A stretch of DNA of 63,523 bases, the filler included, from Octopus bimaculoides (taxonomy: Eukaryota), in assembly GCF_001194135.2 (NCBI RefSeq). It is 6 parts of 6 records of this genome, joined end to end, with 100 filler letters (N's around TTAATTAATTAA, not from the genome) between each part and the next. Parts side by side here need not be neighbours in the genome. Positions count along the whole stretch, not along the records: positions 15,526 to 47,302 come from NC_068990.1; 5 more parts are not named here. One strand, given 5' to 3'. Shown one piece after another: positions 23,651 to 37,299 of the stretch; position 1 is the first letter of the stretch, and each line of letters begins with the position of its first letter. The notes below the pieces were generated by a model, which was not told the origin of the DNA, did not search any database, and was given only the letters and a program-made list of their open reading frames with translations. The translations under genes and the position numbers were made by a program.

Positions 23651-24419
23651 TATGTATGTATATTTAACATGTGCTTGCATACTGAAGCATATGCGTTGAT
23701 CGTGTGTTTTACGTGTTTTTTTATGTGGTTTTTGTATGCTAATGTGTGAGATTTCCTACATATATGCATATAAGCATGTAGGCAAGTGTATGTCTATGTG
23801 TGTATTTTCGTCTGTGTTTTCAACAAATAAATAAAAACCATTCTATCGAACTTAGTTATCGGCAGTAAATGGTTGATGGAGCAGAAAGTTTAGCTTTAGG
23901 GATAAATACTGAGATGGTATGATGTGGTATTGGTTGTGGTGTGAGGTGGCAAAAATAGAAATACAGCTGGCTGTAGTCGTGGCGGCTGCGGTGGTGAAAA
24001 GAAAAAATAGGAGCGGTGGTGGTGATTTGTAATGTTTGAGGTCATTGTATTGGCTGTGGTCGCAGTGGTGGTGTGATCTTGTGAAAATAAATGTGGCGGG
24101 AGATATTATGGTACGGTTGCTAGGTGGTGAAGAAATATGGCGGGATAAAAAGTAATTGTGTACGTGAAGTTGTAAAATACAAAGCCAATGTGAAAGTGGT
24201 AGCGGTGTATAATGGCTGTAATCTATGGAGTTCATGTTATCAGGGATGGAGTGGTATGTTGTGAAGTTTAGTTGTGGCTCTGATGTGTTGAATATGATAT
24301 GCATTGGTTAAGCTGTACTATTAATGATTCTCATCGTGGATACAGAATACGGCGGTGCACCCTGCGAATTCATCTTCCTATGTCATGTCATGCATTTGGT
24401 AAAGAGGAAAGTATACTGC

Positions 24420-24830
24420 ACATTCAGCCATGTGGTGATACATAAAACGACGGTACAGGGTGACGGTTTTGATATGAATTCCCTACTGTACAGTCTGTTT
24501 TTGCCATACTGTAAATTCTGGCAATGTGGACTCTGAAACATTGTCTGGTTTGAATGAGAGAATGTATTTTTCTTTAAACATTGCTGTAGTAGCACTCAGG
24601 AGTGTTGAATATTTTCTTTTGATGATTGGAGGTATTTTTTGATGTATTGTCAGGGACTGCGAGAACTGAAGCTTCCTGCGCCAACAAACTGAGCCTCTTG
24701 CATACTTACTTTTAGCGTTTTTCTCTTGCTATATTGGTAGACTTCAGTCTGTGTACCTTATGTCGCCTGTTGTATGTTTCGTGTTCTTTGTTGTATATTG
24801 TGATATATGTATTCTTGGAGTGATGTGGTA
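24420..24830 (-). mobile_element. Penelope-like element GIY-YIG endonuclease remnant, heavily frameshifted
   Basis: Minus-strand frames give in order LQEYIYH (about 24820-24800), TTKNTKHT, IIKRKYS, QCLK/EKYILSFKPD (about 24580-24545) and SREFISK/RH (about 24490-24460). This parallels the PLE pattern IY.ATV...TYIG...C.LCL.EK.I...LN.R.E.ISKCRH. Confidence 0.55.
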
Positions 24831-25010
24831 AAATTGTTAGAAAAAAAAAATGTCTTGCCGCATTTCTTCCGTCACTTTACGTTCTGCACTCAAGTCCGTA
24901 ACCTTTCATCCTTTTGGGTCAAAGAAATTAAACTGCCGATCAAGTACAGGAGCCGATGATATCGACTAACCCCTGCTGACCTTGTGCCAATATTGAAAAC
25001 CATTACTACT
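24822..25010 (+). mobile_element. SINE family A, old diverged copy
   Basis: TTTACGTTCTG..CCTTTCATCCTTTTGGGTC..GCCGATGATATCGACTAACCCC..GACCTTGTGCCAA..CATTACTACT. Confidence 0.7.
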
Positions 25011-25399
25011 GAAGTAGCGGTTGTTTGTCATTTAGCAACAAATGCAACCCTATCGAGGAATGCAATCGTATCAGTTATAACATTTCCATCGTTTTCTGAG
25101 CCAATGTTTACACAAGGTAATATGTATTGGGTCCAACCACAATACGGCATTCCTTTATCAGATGGTAGGGAATTTGACTGGTAATTTTAGACGATCGAGT
25201 GGTAGGAAGAGACCATCTCATTTAGTTTTGTTGATGTTTATCGCGTTTCTTCTCGTAAACGTCATGGAACTCTTAAAATGTGGATATCGCAATAGTTTCA
25301 ATCTTCTCTTGAAATAACTCTGCTTCACTGAATGCCTATGATGCTCTCCAGACGTTCTTAAGACAAAACATAGAATGAAATATTTTCTTCCACTTTTAA

Positions 25400-25670
25400 G
25401 AAGATAGGATCGTATTTAAAGGAGGTTCGGCTTCTATTTCTTGTAGAGAATGTAGAGATATCCATGTCGTTGCTGTTGTTTACCCCTAGGTCAGCTATTG
25501 TTGAGCAGAGATACAGGGGAAAAGTTTCAGCTGAACATATAGGCTAATATAGAGTGACTTCAAATAATGGAGCTTCAACTTGGTCGCTCGACCTGCCATA
25601 AATACCTGTAAAATCTCTCTCAAACCATACCCTAATATGTTTTAGAAATACGAAGGATTAATAGTTTCAG
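25400..25670. mobile_element. Interspersed repeat family D fragment
   Basis: GGTCGCTCGACCTGC..AAATCTCTCTCAAACCATACCCTA resembles TCCCTCAAATCACATCCTG at about 61740 and the reverse of GTAGATTTGGCTGCTATTTC at about 26337. Confidence 0.45.
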
Positions 25671-27112
25671 AGAAAAACCACAACAATCCTAATTTTTAAA
25701 AGGCCGGATATTTTAGGTTTGGTTATTCAAGAATGAGTTGCGATTAGACTATAAAAACAACAACTGGGACGTGCAGTACAACAAACTACTGTATCAATCT
25801 CGAAGAAAATAACTTAAGTGTTTCCACGTCTGTAGGTTCACAATATACATATGAAATGTTTTACTATATTACAGTGAAACCGTTTTGAAAAGAAAACGAA
25901 AAAGCAGTGGTGAATCATATCATTTACTTTTATTCGGCTTCACTGGTAAGAAAAAATAGTCTTGATGATTCGTTTCTTCACGAATTTAATGTAGCATCAG
26001 TGATGTTTTTTTTATATATTTGTTTTTATATATTAAATAGAGAAATGATTATAAAACAAAATTGTACATAAATATACATGAAATTCTTTGTAAATCGTAA
26101 ATCCTACATTTGTATTTCTACAAATACATAAAGTATAGCTGTCTGCTTCTCATAATACATGTTTATCTCAGAAATAGCTGTACAATTTGTAGTTAGTGTT
26201 GTTCTCGTTGTTTCCACATACAACTCTCAGGCAAATTTTCATTAGTCATACCTATTGTTAAAAGTATTTCGACCATCGACAAAGTGTTTGATTAAGCATA
26301 TAAAGGACAATATTATCAAACAGGATTCAATTCGAGGTAGATTTGGCTGCTATTTCGACATTTCTAAGAAGGACCTAATTATAGATTTAAACGATGATGA
26401 TTGTTGTAATCAGAAACATTCTCAATGAATGTAGGATGTAGGGACGAGGATGGTTGTGTGGTTCAGAAATGCACTTTGCAACTACATCATGCCAGTTAGA
26501 TTACACACGAAGGTGGTTTAAGCGTATTTTGATATGACTTCTATTTTATCAATACTCTGTGAGTGAGATTTTAATTTAGTTTCAGGCAAATTGTGAAGAA
26601 GTTACTTATAAGGACACTCATATGTACACCTGTACCCACCCACACACTCCAGTATATATCTGTATATATATATATATATATGTATNNNNNNNNNNATATA
26701 TACATATGTGCATGTGTGTTTATGTATATGCATATACACACACACTCACATAGATATACATGCTTGTATATGCGTGAGTGTCTATGTGTGTGTGTACATA
26801 TAATATGTAGGTATGTGGTTGTTAGGGTGCCTCTTTACTGAGACAATGAAACAATTCTCGATTTAACAGAAGCTTTGTAAATGCATAAATACATGAAATA
26901 AAAGTGTCAGTTTTACGTATTTCTCGGAGGATAGATTATATATATATATATTAGGTTATGGCATATGTAATTCTGTTATCTACATACATATATATAATAT
27001 AAGAAAATACCTAGTACTAGGACACCGCTTTTCGCTAGCGATAACTAATTATACCCTGCTAACATTGGGCTGGCTAACACTTGATACTTAAGTGAACATA
27101 TATGTGCATGTG

Positions 27113-27145
<33 letters not shown>

Positions 27146-29388
27146 NNNNNNNNNNNNNNNNNNNNNNNNNNNNNNNNNNNNNNNNNNNNNNNNNNNNNNN
27201 NNNNNNNNNNNNNNNNNNNNNNNNNNNNNNNNNNNNNNNNNNNNNNNNNNNNNNNNNNNNNNNNNNNNNNNNNNNNNNNNNNNNNNNNNNNNNNNNNNNN
27301 NNNNNNNNNNNNNNNNNNNNNNNNNNNNNNNNNNNNNNNNNNNNNNNNNNNNNNNNNNNNNNNNNNNNNNNNNNNNNNNNNNNNNNNNNNNNNNNNNNNN
27401 NNNNNNNNNNNNNNNNNNNNNNNNNNNNNNNNNNNNNNNNNNNNNNNNNNNNNNNNNNNNNNNNNNNNNNNNNNNNNNNNNNNNNNNNNNNNNNNNNNNN
27501 NNNNNNNNNNNNNNNNNNNNNNNNNNNNNNNNNNNNNNNNNNNNNNNNNNNNNNNNNNNNNNNNNNNNNNNNNNNNNNNNNNNNNNNNNNNNTATATATA
27601 TATATATATATATATGTATATGGGTGTATGTATATGTGTAGGTATATGTATATGTGTGTGTATACATGTATAAGTATGTGTGTGTGTACATATATTTGTG
27701 TGTGTGTGTGTGTGTATTTATGTATGTGTATATGTATAGGTGAGTATGTAGGCAGGTATGTAGTTGTGTACATACGGATGTAATGATAGTTGGCCACACA
27801 GTTGTGTATGTATGAATAAGTATGGGTATATGTGAGGGGACATAATGTGTATAAGGGTGTATATATGGATATGTATAGATGAGAATGTATTTATCCTCAT
27901 TGTGACTGTTGTGGTTATCGGCTTATTAGTCTTCTTGAAAGTCTACTAATTTAACTCTATTGTCATTACATTGGGAACTTTACCCCCTCACCCTGAGTAT
28001 ATAGTAGAATTAAGAGATGTGTGGCTGCACGCATACATGTGTATGTACATACACGCACGCATGAGCGTGAGTACGGGGAGATATACATAGCACGCGTGTG
28101 TGTGTGGGGGGGATGTGCGCAGGTAAGCTAGCATCTTGACCGGACAGTGGCTATCCAACCGTAGCTAAGCGTAGGCAGTTTAAAACAATAGTTGCCCAAT
28201 TGGAAGGAGGGAAGTTAACGGTAGTAATTAACCCTCCCCCATTGGCAGCAGAATGGTAGAGCCGTTGGAAGAAGCAACAGGATATCCTACACCGCTAAGT
28301 TTGAAAGTTTGGCATATTATTGTTGTTGTTGTTGTTGTTATTGTTGTTGTTGTTGTCACCATCACTGCTACTAGAACATTAATAACTTGTATAAAATGAA
28401 CTTCTACATAGAACCTTCCANNNNNNNNNNNNNNNNNNNNNNNNNNNNNNNNNNNNNNNNNNNNNNNNNNNNNNNNNNNNNNNNNNNNNNNNNNNNNNNN
28501 NNNNNNNNNNNNNNNNNNNNNNNNNNNNNNNNNNNNNNNNNNNNNNNNNNNNNNNNNNNNNNNNNNNNNNNNNNNNNNNNNNNNNNNNNNNNNNNNNNNN
28601 NNNNNNNNNNNNNNNNNNNNNNNNNNNNNNNNNNNNNNNNNNNNNNNNNNNNNNNNNNNNNNNNNNNNNNNNNNNNNNNNNNNNNNNNNNNNNNNNNNNN
28701 NNNNNNNNNNNNNNNNNNNNNNNNNNNNNNNNNNNNNNNNNNNNNNNNNNNNNNNNNNNNNNNNNNNNNNNNNNNNNNNNNNNNNNNNNNNNNNNNNNNN
28801 NNNNNNNNNNNNNNNNNNNNNNNNNNNNNNNNNNNNNNNNNNNNNNNNNNNNNNNNNNNNNNNNNNNNNNNNNNNNNNNNNNNNNNNNNNNNNNNNNNNN
28901 NNNNNNNNNNNNNNNNNNNNNNNNNNNNNNNNNNNNNNNNNNNNNNNNNNNNNNNNNNNNNNNNNNNNNNNNNNNNNNNNNNNNNNNNNNNNNNNNNNNN
29001 NNNNNNNNNNNNNNNNNNNNNNNNNNNNNNNNNNNNNNNNNNNNNNNNNNNNNNNNNNNNNNNNNNNNNNNNNNNNNNNNNNNNNNNNNNNNNNNNNNNN
29101 NNNNNNNNNNNNNNNNNNNNNNNNNNNNNNNNNNNNNNNNNNNNNNNNNNNNNNNNNNNNNNNNNNNNNNNNNNNNNNNNNNNNNNNNNNNNNNNNNNNN
29201 NNNNNNNNNNNNNNNNNNNNNNNNNNNNNNNNNNNNNNNNNNNNNNNNNNNNNNNNNNNNNNNNNNNNNNNNNNNNNNNNNNNNNNNNNNNNNNNNNNNN
29301 NNNNNNNNNNNNNNNNNNNNNNNNNNNNNNNNNNNNNNNNNNNNNNNNNNNNNNNNNNNNNNNNNNNNNNNNNNNNNNNNNNNNNNNN

Positions 29389-29520
29389 CATCCGATAATC
29401 ACTCCGGCAAGGAATATTCGGATAGAATGGGGCTTGCTAAACTAGGCTGAAACAGCTGTAAGATTAAACTTCTGTTCATCCTCTAATTCCTTACGTACTT
29501 TGTACTTCTATATGTAAACC
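29389..29520 (+). mobile_element. Possible Penelope-like terminal repeat fragment with a hammerhead 3' half
   Basis: GAAACAGCTGTA (29449-29460) has GAAA, palindromic stem III ACAGCTGT and a GUA triplet; a weak stem II precedes it; no CUGANGA core is recognisable. Confidence 0.3.
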
Positions 29521-29843
29521 AGGTTGGCAAAATAACATAGTCTGCCATAGACACCTGTGCTTTGGTTCTTTCTTTCTTTTTCTTTCTTTTTTTGTCACTT
29601 TTGCTATGAATTAAATTAATGAATTCAACGGGATACATCGTCTGAAAGTAGTTGGGTTCAGCATATTATCCTCCATTTTCTAATTGTTATACAAATTTGG
29701 GGTAAAACCTCCACTTTTACTCGCTCCAATTGATTGCACTTAGTATAGCACAAGTGTAGCAATAATTGGGTACCCTCCCAGCAGTATACTGGATAGATAC
29801 TATCCCTTAGTGGGTTGAACCCCCAACCCCTAACTCTCTCACG

Positions 29844-29883
<40 letters not shown>

Positions 29884-30163
29884 TAATGTTTAATAATATT
29901 GTGATTCAGACCCTTGCAACTTAAACCTAACATATGCAGCTTGTTGAATCGAATGAAAAGGAGTCTAAGATCACTTCTGGGTATCGCGCTGATGTTGGTG
30001 TACACAGATCACATGGTGTTATCAATTTGGTAGCGACATCAATTCCTGTTCGGAATTCCTTGGAGTACATGTCAGGACAGGATGATGGAAGCGGCAGTCT
30101 ATCTAAGGAGTGACGCTCTGTTTACAACGGACAAAAGTTCACTGATGAGTGTGTGCGTTTGTT

Positions 30164-30229
<66 letters not shown>

Positions 30230-30479
30230 TATGTGAGTGTGTGCACCTGTTATCTGTGGATGTGTATCATTCGTGCTCTTCTGCTATTCGTGAATGAATG
30301 TGTGCATATGTATAGTGTGTGCATATATAAGTTTGGTATGTGCGTTTGCTGATATTTTGGTCTTTTGTGTTTGCGACCAATTAGCTTCATCAGCGACTAG
30401 GAGGGAGTAACCAGGTTTCTTGTTGAATCAAGTTTCAGTGGTGCCAAAGAAGATATATGATGCTGAATGACCTATATGT

Positions 30480-30870
30480 ATATCTTTGCTCTTAGCTCTT
30501 AGATCCTTCAGTTACAGTTCGCACAAAGTACAACGAGCCTTCTCCATACATCTCAAGTGCTTGCTTTCCTTCTAACTCCACTTAGGCCAATTCCCATCGT
30601 TATCATATCGCTCCGCAACGTACTGTCTACATTTTCCTTGGTCTTTCAGTATATTTCCTCCTTCCGGCGTCCACTCCATCACAGTAGCTGCTTTTATGTC
30701 TCCTGCGACAATCGAAGCAAATGTCCAGTAACCGTATCTGGGCACTTGCTGAGTGCTATTTTACCAAGAATAGCAAAACCTTGATCAGTTTCTAGAAAGA
30801 TGTTTTGGGCCATCATATGCAAAAGGCTAAGATCATATCTCCTGATAAACGAGTGAATCGACACAAGTGT
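30480..30870 (-). mobile_element. RTE-clade LINE ORF2 C-terminal remnant, a second RTE subfamily
   Basis: Minus-strand frames give WPKTS, GHLLRLSQE, MEWTPEG, ERPRK and TLRSDMITMGIGLSGVRRKAST*DVWRRLVVLCA, matching the RTE pattern GH.LRM...WTP.GKR.RGRP..TW...DR..WR..V..LC. Confidence 0.8.
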
Positions 30871-31417
30871 CCAAAAAAGGGGAGGCCTCAGGCTGCTCCG
30901 GATGCCTTGAACACACATCAGTGAAAAGCCATGATAACTACTGTGTGTTTGAGCGTATTATCTTTCCGCTTTTTGACTTTCCGTAGATGTCAGCTGTTAA
31001 CTTCTTTTTCCTTTGCAATCCCCGCCTCTCTCTCTCTCCTTTATCCGAAGTGATTCTGGCTTGTGAAGCCGGTGCAGGTTCTTTGTAAATCCGAACTAAG
31101 TTGATTCAAAGCCACTTTTCTTTCATTGACAATTTCATTTTCCCTTTTTTTTCTTTCGTCTTAGCACTTTCTTGAATCCTGCCATGCCGAAGACGCTGAC
31201 ATATAGTTAGATAACTGGCTGAGGGCAGTTGATAAAGGCAAAAAACTTGGAAGGTTCAAGGTATGGTGCTTCCATATCGTATCATACCCAGAAGATATAA
31301 CTCATGCAGATTCTATTATTAGCATTTCACTAACATATAAATATAATTATGAGAAAAAATAAACGCTATTGAAAGTATAAAAGAAAGTACGAATGTTAAG
31401 AAGAAAATTCGCGGCCA

Positions 31418-31418
<1 letters not shown>

Positions 31419-31513
<95 letters not shown>

Positions 31514-31525
31514 ACACACACACAC
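31419..31525. repeat. (CA)n microsatellite
   Basis: About 53 near-perfect CA units. Confidence 0.97.
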
Positions 31526-33159
31526 CAGCATGTATGTATATATGTATACTTACATATATATCTACATACATACAAGCACAACTATATATACACATACACA
31601 TACACACTTACATATATGCATATATATATTATTTATTATTAGTCACTGACAGAAATGCTTATTTCTGTTTAAGCAGTCATTGAGCTGAGGGATATTATTG
31701 AAAGAACTTCTCAACCAACGTCATACTTGTCTGCGAGAAGTATCTCTACTCCAAACTATGATAACCGAAACCAGCTCACTGACGTGACTTCCAATCGATG
31801 CCTTTATTTCTTAGACGAAAATGCTCATTAGAAGAATATTGAAAAAGTCTTATTTATTTATGTTCTTCAATATTTATTAGGCAAGAAAAGGCTGCTTTAT
31901 GTCAATTATATTTAATGTTTTGCCGGGGTAAAGACGGCGGAATGTATACAGGACACACAATCAATAAACAAAGAGAGAATAATGAAAATGAATAAATAAA
32001 AAAATAATGAAGTTAGAATATAACCGTACAAGAGGAATGAATTATTGTAATTTTGAGAGGAGCGTGGATTTTAGAAAATTCTTTTGGCAAATTTAAGATC
32101 CAAATGGAGAAAATGTTAGCAATATCGAAATAATGATTTATGTGATATCATATAAAGCATAAATAAAAATCACAAGAAGAAAAGAAGAAAAAATGGAAGA
32201 AAAACTAAAAAAGAATATTTGAAGAGCAACAGCTAGAAGTGGTAGAGGCAGAAGTAGAAAAAAAAAGTACCAGAAGCAGAATTCACAAGAACAAAATGCA
32301 AGAATAAAAATACAAGTAGAGAAATATCAAGAACCAAAAGAAAACAGAAATGGTCTTCTGCATTTCTAGTTCTCGTGAAACGAATTATCAAACTAGAAAA
32401 CAAAACTATATGTATGTTCATCCATCCGTATATACATATATACATATATACATACACACATACATACATATATATATATATATNNNNNNNNNNNNNNNNN
32501 NNNNNNNNNNNNNNNNNNNNNNNNNNNNNNNNNNNNNNNNNNNNNNNNNNNNNNNNNNNNNNNNNNNNNNNNNNNNNNNNNNNNNNNNNNNNNNNNNNNN
32601 NNNNNNNNNNNNNNNNNNNNNNNNNNNNNNNNNNNNNNNNNNNNNNNNNNNNNNNNNNNNNNNNNNNNNNNNNNNNNNNNNNNNNNNNNNNNNNNNNNNN
32701 NNNNNNNNNNNNNNNNNNNNNNNNNNNNNNNNNNNNNNNNNNNNNNNNNNNNNNNNNNNNNNNNNNNNNNNNNNNNNNNNNNNNNNNNNNNNNNNNNNNN
32801 NNNNNNNNNNNNNNNNNNNNNNNNNNNNNNNNNNNNNNNNNNNNNNNNNNNNNNNNNNNNNNNNNNNNNNNNNNNNNNNNNNNNNNNNNNNNNNNNNNNN
32901 NNNNNNNNNNNNNNNNNNNNNNNNNNNNNNNNNNNNNNNNNNNNNNNNNNNNNNNNNNNNNNNNNNNNNNNNNNNNNNNNNNNNNNNNNNNNNNNNNNNN
33001 NNNNNNNNNNNNNNNNNNNNNNNNNNNNNNNNNNNNNAAGAATATAATCTTAATGGCAGAGAATTTTCTTCCTAGCTTTATTATTTTCTTTTATACTTAC
33101 GATATTTATCTTTCTTATACTATATTCTTTTTCCTACGCATTCGCACGCACACACACAC

Positions 33160-33197
<38 letters not shown>

Positions 33198-33202
33198 ACA
33201 TA

Positions 33203-33234
<32 letters not shown>

Positions 33235-33943
33235 GAGTTACATATTGTTATTGGATTGGTTTCGGTGTTTCGCTATTGAAATTGTTTGTTTTTTCATTCC
33301 TTTTAGTTTCCTTCAGTCTTTGTGAATGTCTCTAAATATAGTTACATTCGTTCTTTTTCATTCTAAGTGCTTTGTGTTATCTGGCAGAAGGACGTTACGC
33401 GTTTCGTTTTTGTTTTTAATTTCTTCTCGTCTAATTTCTATGCGTCCATTTTTGATTCTCTTTTCTGAAGTAGAAATGATTTCGTCTTCTTCTATTCAAA
33501 CATTGTTTTCTTTATTTTATTCCGTTGTCTACCAAAATGATATGATAGCATTGAACTCATCAACTTTAACTTCGATGGAAATCAGTTTATCTCTGACGAT
33601 ATGTGAAAGAATTACAGGAGTAAATTGTTGACCTTCATAAATGCGACGATTTTGATATTAGTGTATCTCATGCTTGGAGAGTGTATTATAGATATAGCAA
33701 TATGTAGTTTCTCAGTCAAGAATACTAAATATGGTCACTGGATTTCATTAGGAATAAAAGATGCCGTTGGGAAGGAAAAAAAAGAAATATTTTACGCATT
33801 TATAAATCACGTGGGATACTAACGCTAAAATTTATACCAAGTCCCTAGGAACAGTATGTGTGTACGTACGTACGCATGTATGTATGCATGTATGTATGTA
33901 TGTATGTATGTATGCATGTATATGTGTATGTATATATGTATGT

Positions 33944-34034
<91 letters not shown>

Positions 34035-34156
34035 AGGTCGGCGTCTTTATAGATGTGAGATAGTAGTAATATTAATAATTCGGTAAAGGTTACATTTGTA
34101 CCACAATCTGAACTTCGATGCAGTGCTATGTATAAGGCTTATACATACACATGCAT

Positions 34157-34188
<32 letters not shown>

Positions 34189-34309
34189 TATTTAGATAGA
34201 TAAATCGATNNNNNNNNNNNNNNNNNNNNNNNNNNNNNNNNNNNNNNNNNNNNNNNNNNNNNNNNNNNNNNNNNNNNNNNNNNNNNNNNNNNNNNNNNNN
34301 NNNNNNNNN

Positions 34310-34354
<45 letters not shown>

Positions 34355-36080
34355 GACTCTAACAAATAAGCACTAGGAATGTGCCGTTTATCAACCCATC
34401 AAATAAAACATCTTTCGATATGTATCCCATGTGAATGTAATGGACATAATAAACATATGCACATAACCTTTTTTATTATTGCCGCATGATCCAAGATATC
34501 CAGCCAGACCGGACTCGTACTTGTAATTGTGATTGGACACTATATTTGGTCCACCTTTTTCAAAACTTACTCATTCGTAGGTACTACAGATGCATTTTCA
34601 ATGCCTTGTTTACCATATTTTATTAGTTGTCTTACAGGTGTGTATCTTTAACGTGTTTTGGTTGCCAATGCATTCTCTACGGCATCATTTTATTGACGTT
34701 TTGCACTCTTCCACTGCATATGTCAATGTCTGCTTCGAGATATTTTTTCTCGTGTCACATGAGTAATAGACACACATATATACAGTGTATATACATATAT
34801 GTGTTTCTGTGTAACGTTTATGTATGTACGGATATACATGCACACACATACACACACACACACATATATCCTCCGAGTTCGTTTACGTATGAACGTATAT
34901 GTGAACACACACAAAGACACACCACACGTACGCAGACACACACTCACACATACATACATATGAAACGCTTCGAGTCTGTTTCTTTATAGATGCGTTATCT
35001 TTCATTTTTAATGTTTTTTTACCGAAATTTTCTTCCGCAAAATAGAATTAATAAGAAGAAACCCTCCTTGTCTGATAAATATGAAAAATAGAAAAGAAAA
35101 AAAAAACAGGAATAAGAACGTAAATAGTATTTTCTTATATTCTCCTAATGAGAATTTCTGTCGAAGAGGTAAAGAATATCGATTAGAGATTAGGTTAGTG
35201 AGCTGAATTTTGGTCATCGTCATCTGAAGTAGAGGTACTTCTCAAACACAAGTATGACATTGGGTTAGTTATGGTTAAAATAGTATCCTTTACGTCGAGG
35301 ACTGCTTAAAGAGAATCAAACATTTCTTTCAGTGGCTAACAATGGAAAACAAGAATAAGGATTTTAGACACAGAGAAAGAGAAAGCGAGAGAGATACACA
35401 CAAGCACGCACATGTAATTTAATAATATTGAAAAACTGTGTGCTGGAAGGAGATAGAGAACGTTATATATATANNNNNNNNNNNNNNNNNNNNNNNNNNN
35501 NNNNNNNNNNNNNNNNNNNNNNNNNNNNNNNNNNNNNNNNNNNNNNNNNNNNNNNNNNNNNNNNNNNNNNNNNNNNNNNNNNNNNNNNNNNNNNNNNNNN
35601 NNNNNNNNNNNNNNNNNNNNNNNNNNNNNNNNNNNNNNNNNNNNNNNNNNNNNNNNNNNNNNNNNNNNNNNNNNNNNNNNNNNNNNNNNNNNNNNNNNNN
35701 NNNNNNNNNNNNNNNNNNNNNNNNNNNNNNNNNNNNNNNNNNNNNNNNNNNNNNNNNNNNNNNNNNNNNNNNNNNNNNNNNNNNNNNNNNNNNNNNNNNN
35801 NNNNNNNNNNNNNNNNNNNNNNNNNNNNNNNNNNNNNNNNNNNNNNNNNNNNNNNNNNNNNNNNNNNNNNNNNNNNNNNNNNNNNNNNNNNNNNNNNNNN
35901 NNNNNNNNNNNNNNNNNNNNNNNNNNNNNNNNNNNNNNNNNNNNNNNNNNNNNNNNNNNNNNNNNNNNNNNNNNNNNNNNNNNNNNNNNNNNNNNNNNNN
36001 NNNNNNNNNNNNNNTGAAGTGAATCTAACGGATTTTGTGTGTTATTTTAAATGGCTTATAAACACCTTCCACGCTGCAAT

Positions 36081-36132
<52 letters not shown>

Positions 36133-37011
36133 GTATGTATGTATGCATGTATATATGTATATATATGTAAATACATGTACACCTTTTGCTCAGCTTGTGG
36201 TATATATATATATATATATATATATAAAAGGGAAGAGTGTGTGTGTGTGTGTGTGAGGGAGAGAGGGAGAGAGAAGGGGAGAGAGAGAAATTAGTGTGTG
36301 ATTCTCAATCTTCAACTTTATAACCAAATAAATCTCATGACTCCGATCCTTCACATTTCCCTCTTCCGAACGTTAGATGAAATATGGGCAGAATTAGCAT
36401 CTCATTGGTGAAAACATAGAAAAACTGGACGATGTTATTATTTCTGTTTTTAATTTATATAATCTATTTTAGGATTGACTGAGCCTTCTTCATAGCTGTT
36501 TAACTTTAGTCGCACGAAAATGTAGGACTGCATGACGACGGAGCCGACCCATGTTATGGAGCTAGCCGCTGCCCACCAGGTAGGATTGAAGGGTACTGAC
36601 TGAAGAGCATTATACATAGATTACACAACGAAAAGTACTTCCCGAAAACTCAAACTGGTCTTTGTATTACAAACCAACTAATCTGTTCCACGCACATTTG
36701 CGTCAGTTATTGTACGCAAACAACAAACCACTAGCATTTACTTCCATTTTAATCTCGGTATGACCATGTTACTAGTCACCCAACACATTCCTATTCAAAT
36801 TTTTCAAACGAACCATCTCATATATAACTTTCAGAAACACTTGTTCCTTTTGGTAACTATCTTCAATCCACGAGCATGACACCAACTTTGCTATCTCGCA
36901 TGGGTTCAACTTGTTCGTCTTCCATCTTTGTTCCTAACAACTATTTTTTTCTTTAGCATGGATTATAAATTCCTTCTAGACATCATCTCTGACATTGATC
37001 TCAATCGCAAA

Positions 37012-37047
<36 letters not shown>

Positions 37048-37067
37048 AAATTTAAATAACAAATAGA

Positions 37068-37145
37068 ATATTGTTTCGTTCGACTAAAGCCCTTCAAGGT
37101 GGTGCTCCAGCATGGACGCAGTTAAATGACTGGAAAAAGTAAAGG
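37068..37145 (+). mobile_element. SINE family B 3' tail fragment
   Basis: GTTCGACTAAA..AAGGTGGTGCTCCAGCATGGACGCAGTTAAATGACTG. Confidence 0.85.
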
Positions 37146-37299
37146 AGTACCACCACAATGCCATCTTTTTTCTTCTTGATGAATATCCATCACTTTTCTA
37201 TAGTCTGGATGTTGTTATTTCGGTAAAAAAAATCTATAAAATAAAATTCAGTGAATCGATGACCCACATACAAAGACCCCCATTGAATGTCAAACGTGT

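Noticed and set aside
24325-24385. Degenerate hammerhead downstream of the Penelope-like remnant
   Set aside because: The core reads AAGAUGA and GAAA is missing; too decayed to support.
27010-27041. Two adjacent palindromes CCTAGTACTAGG and TCGCTAGCGA
   Set aside because: Short, with no supporting context; compatible with chance in 63 kb.
36590-36655. Hammerhead candidate on plus (CUGAAGA...GAAAAGUACUUC)
   Set aside because: Palindromic stem III is present, but there is no stem II helix and no stem I complementarity.
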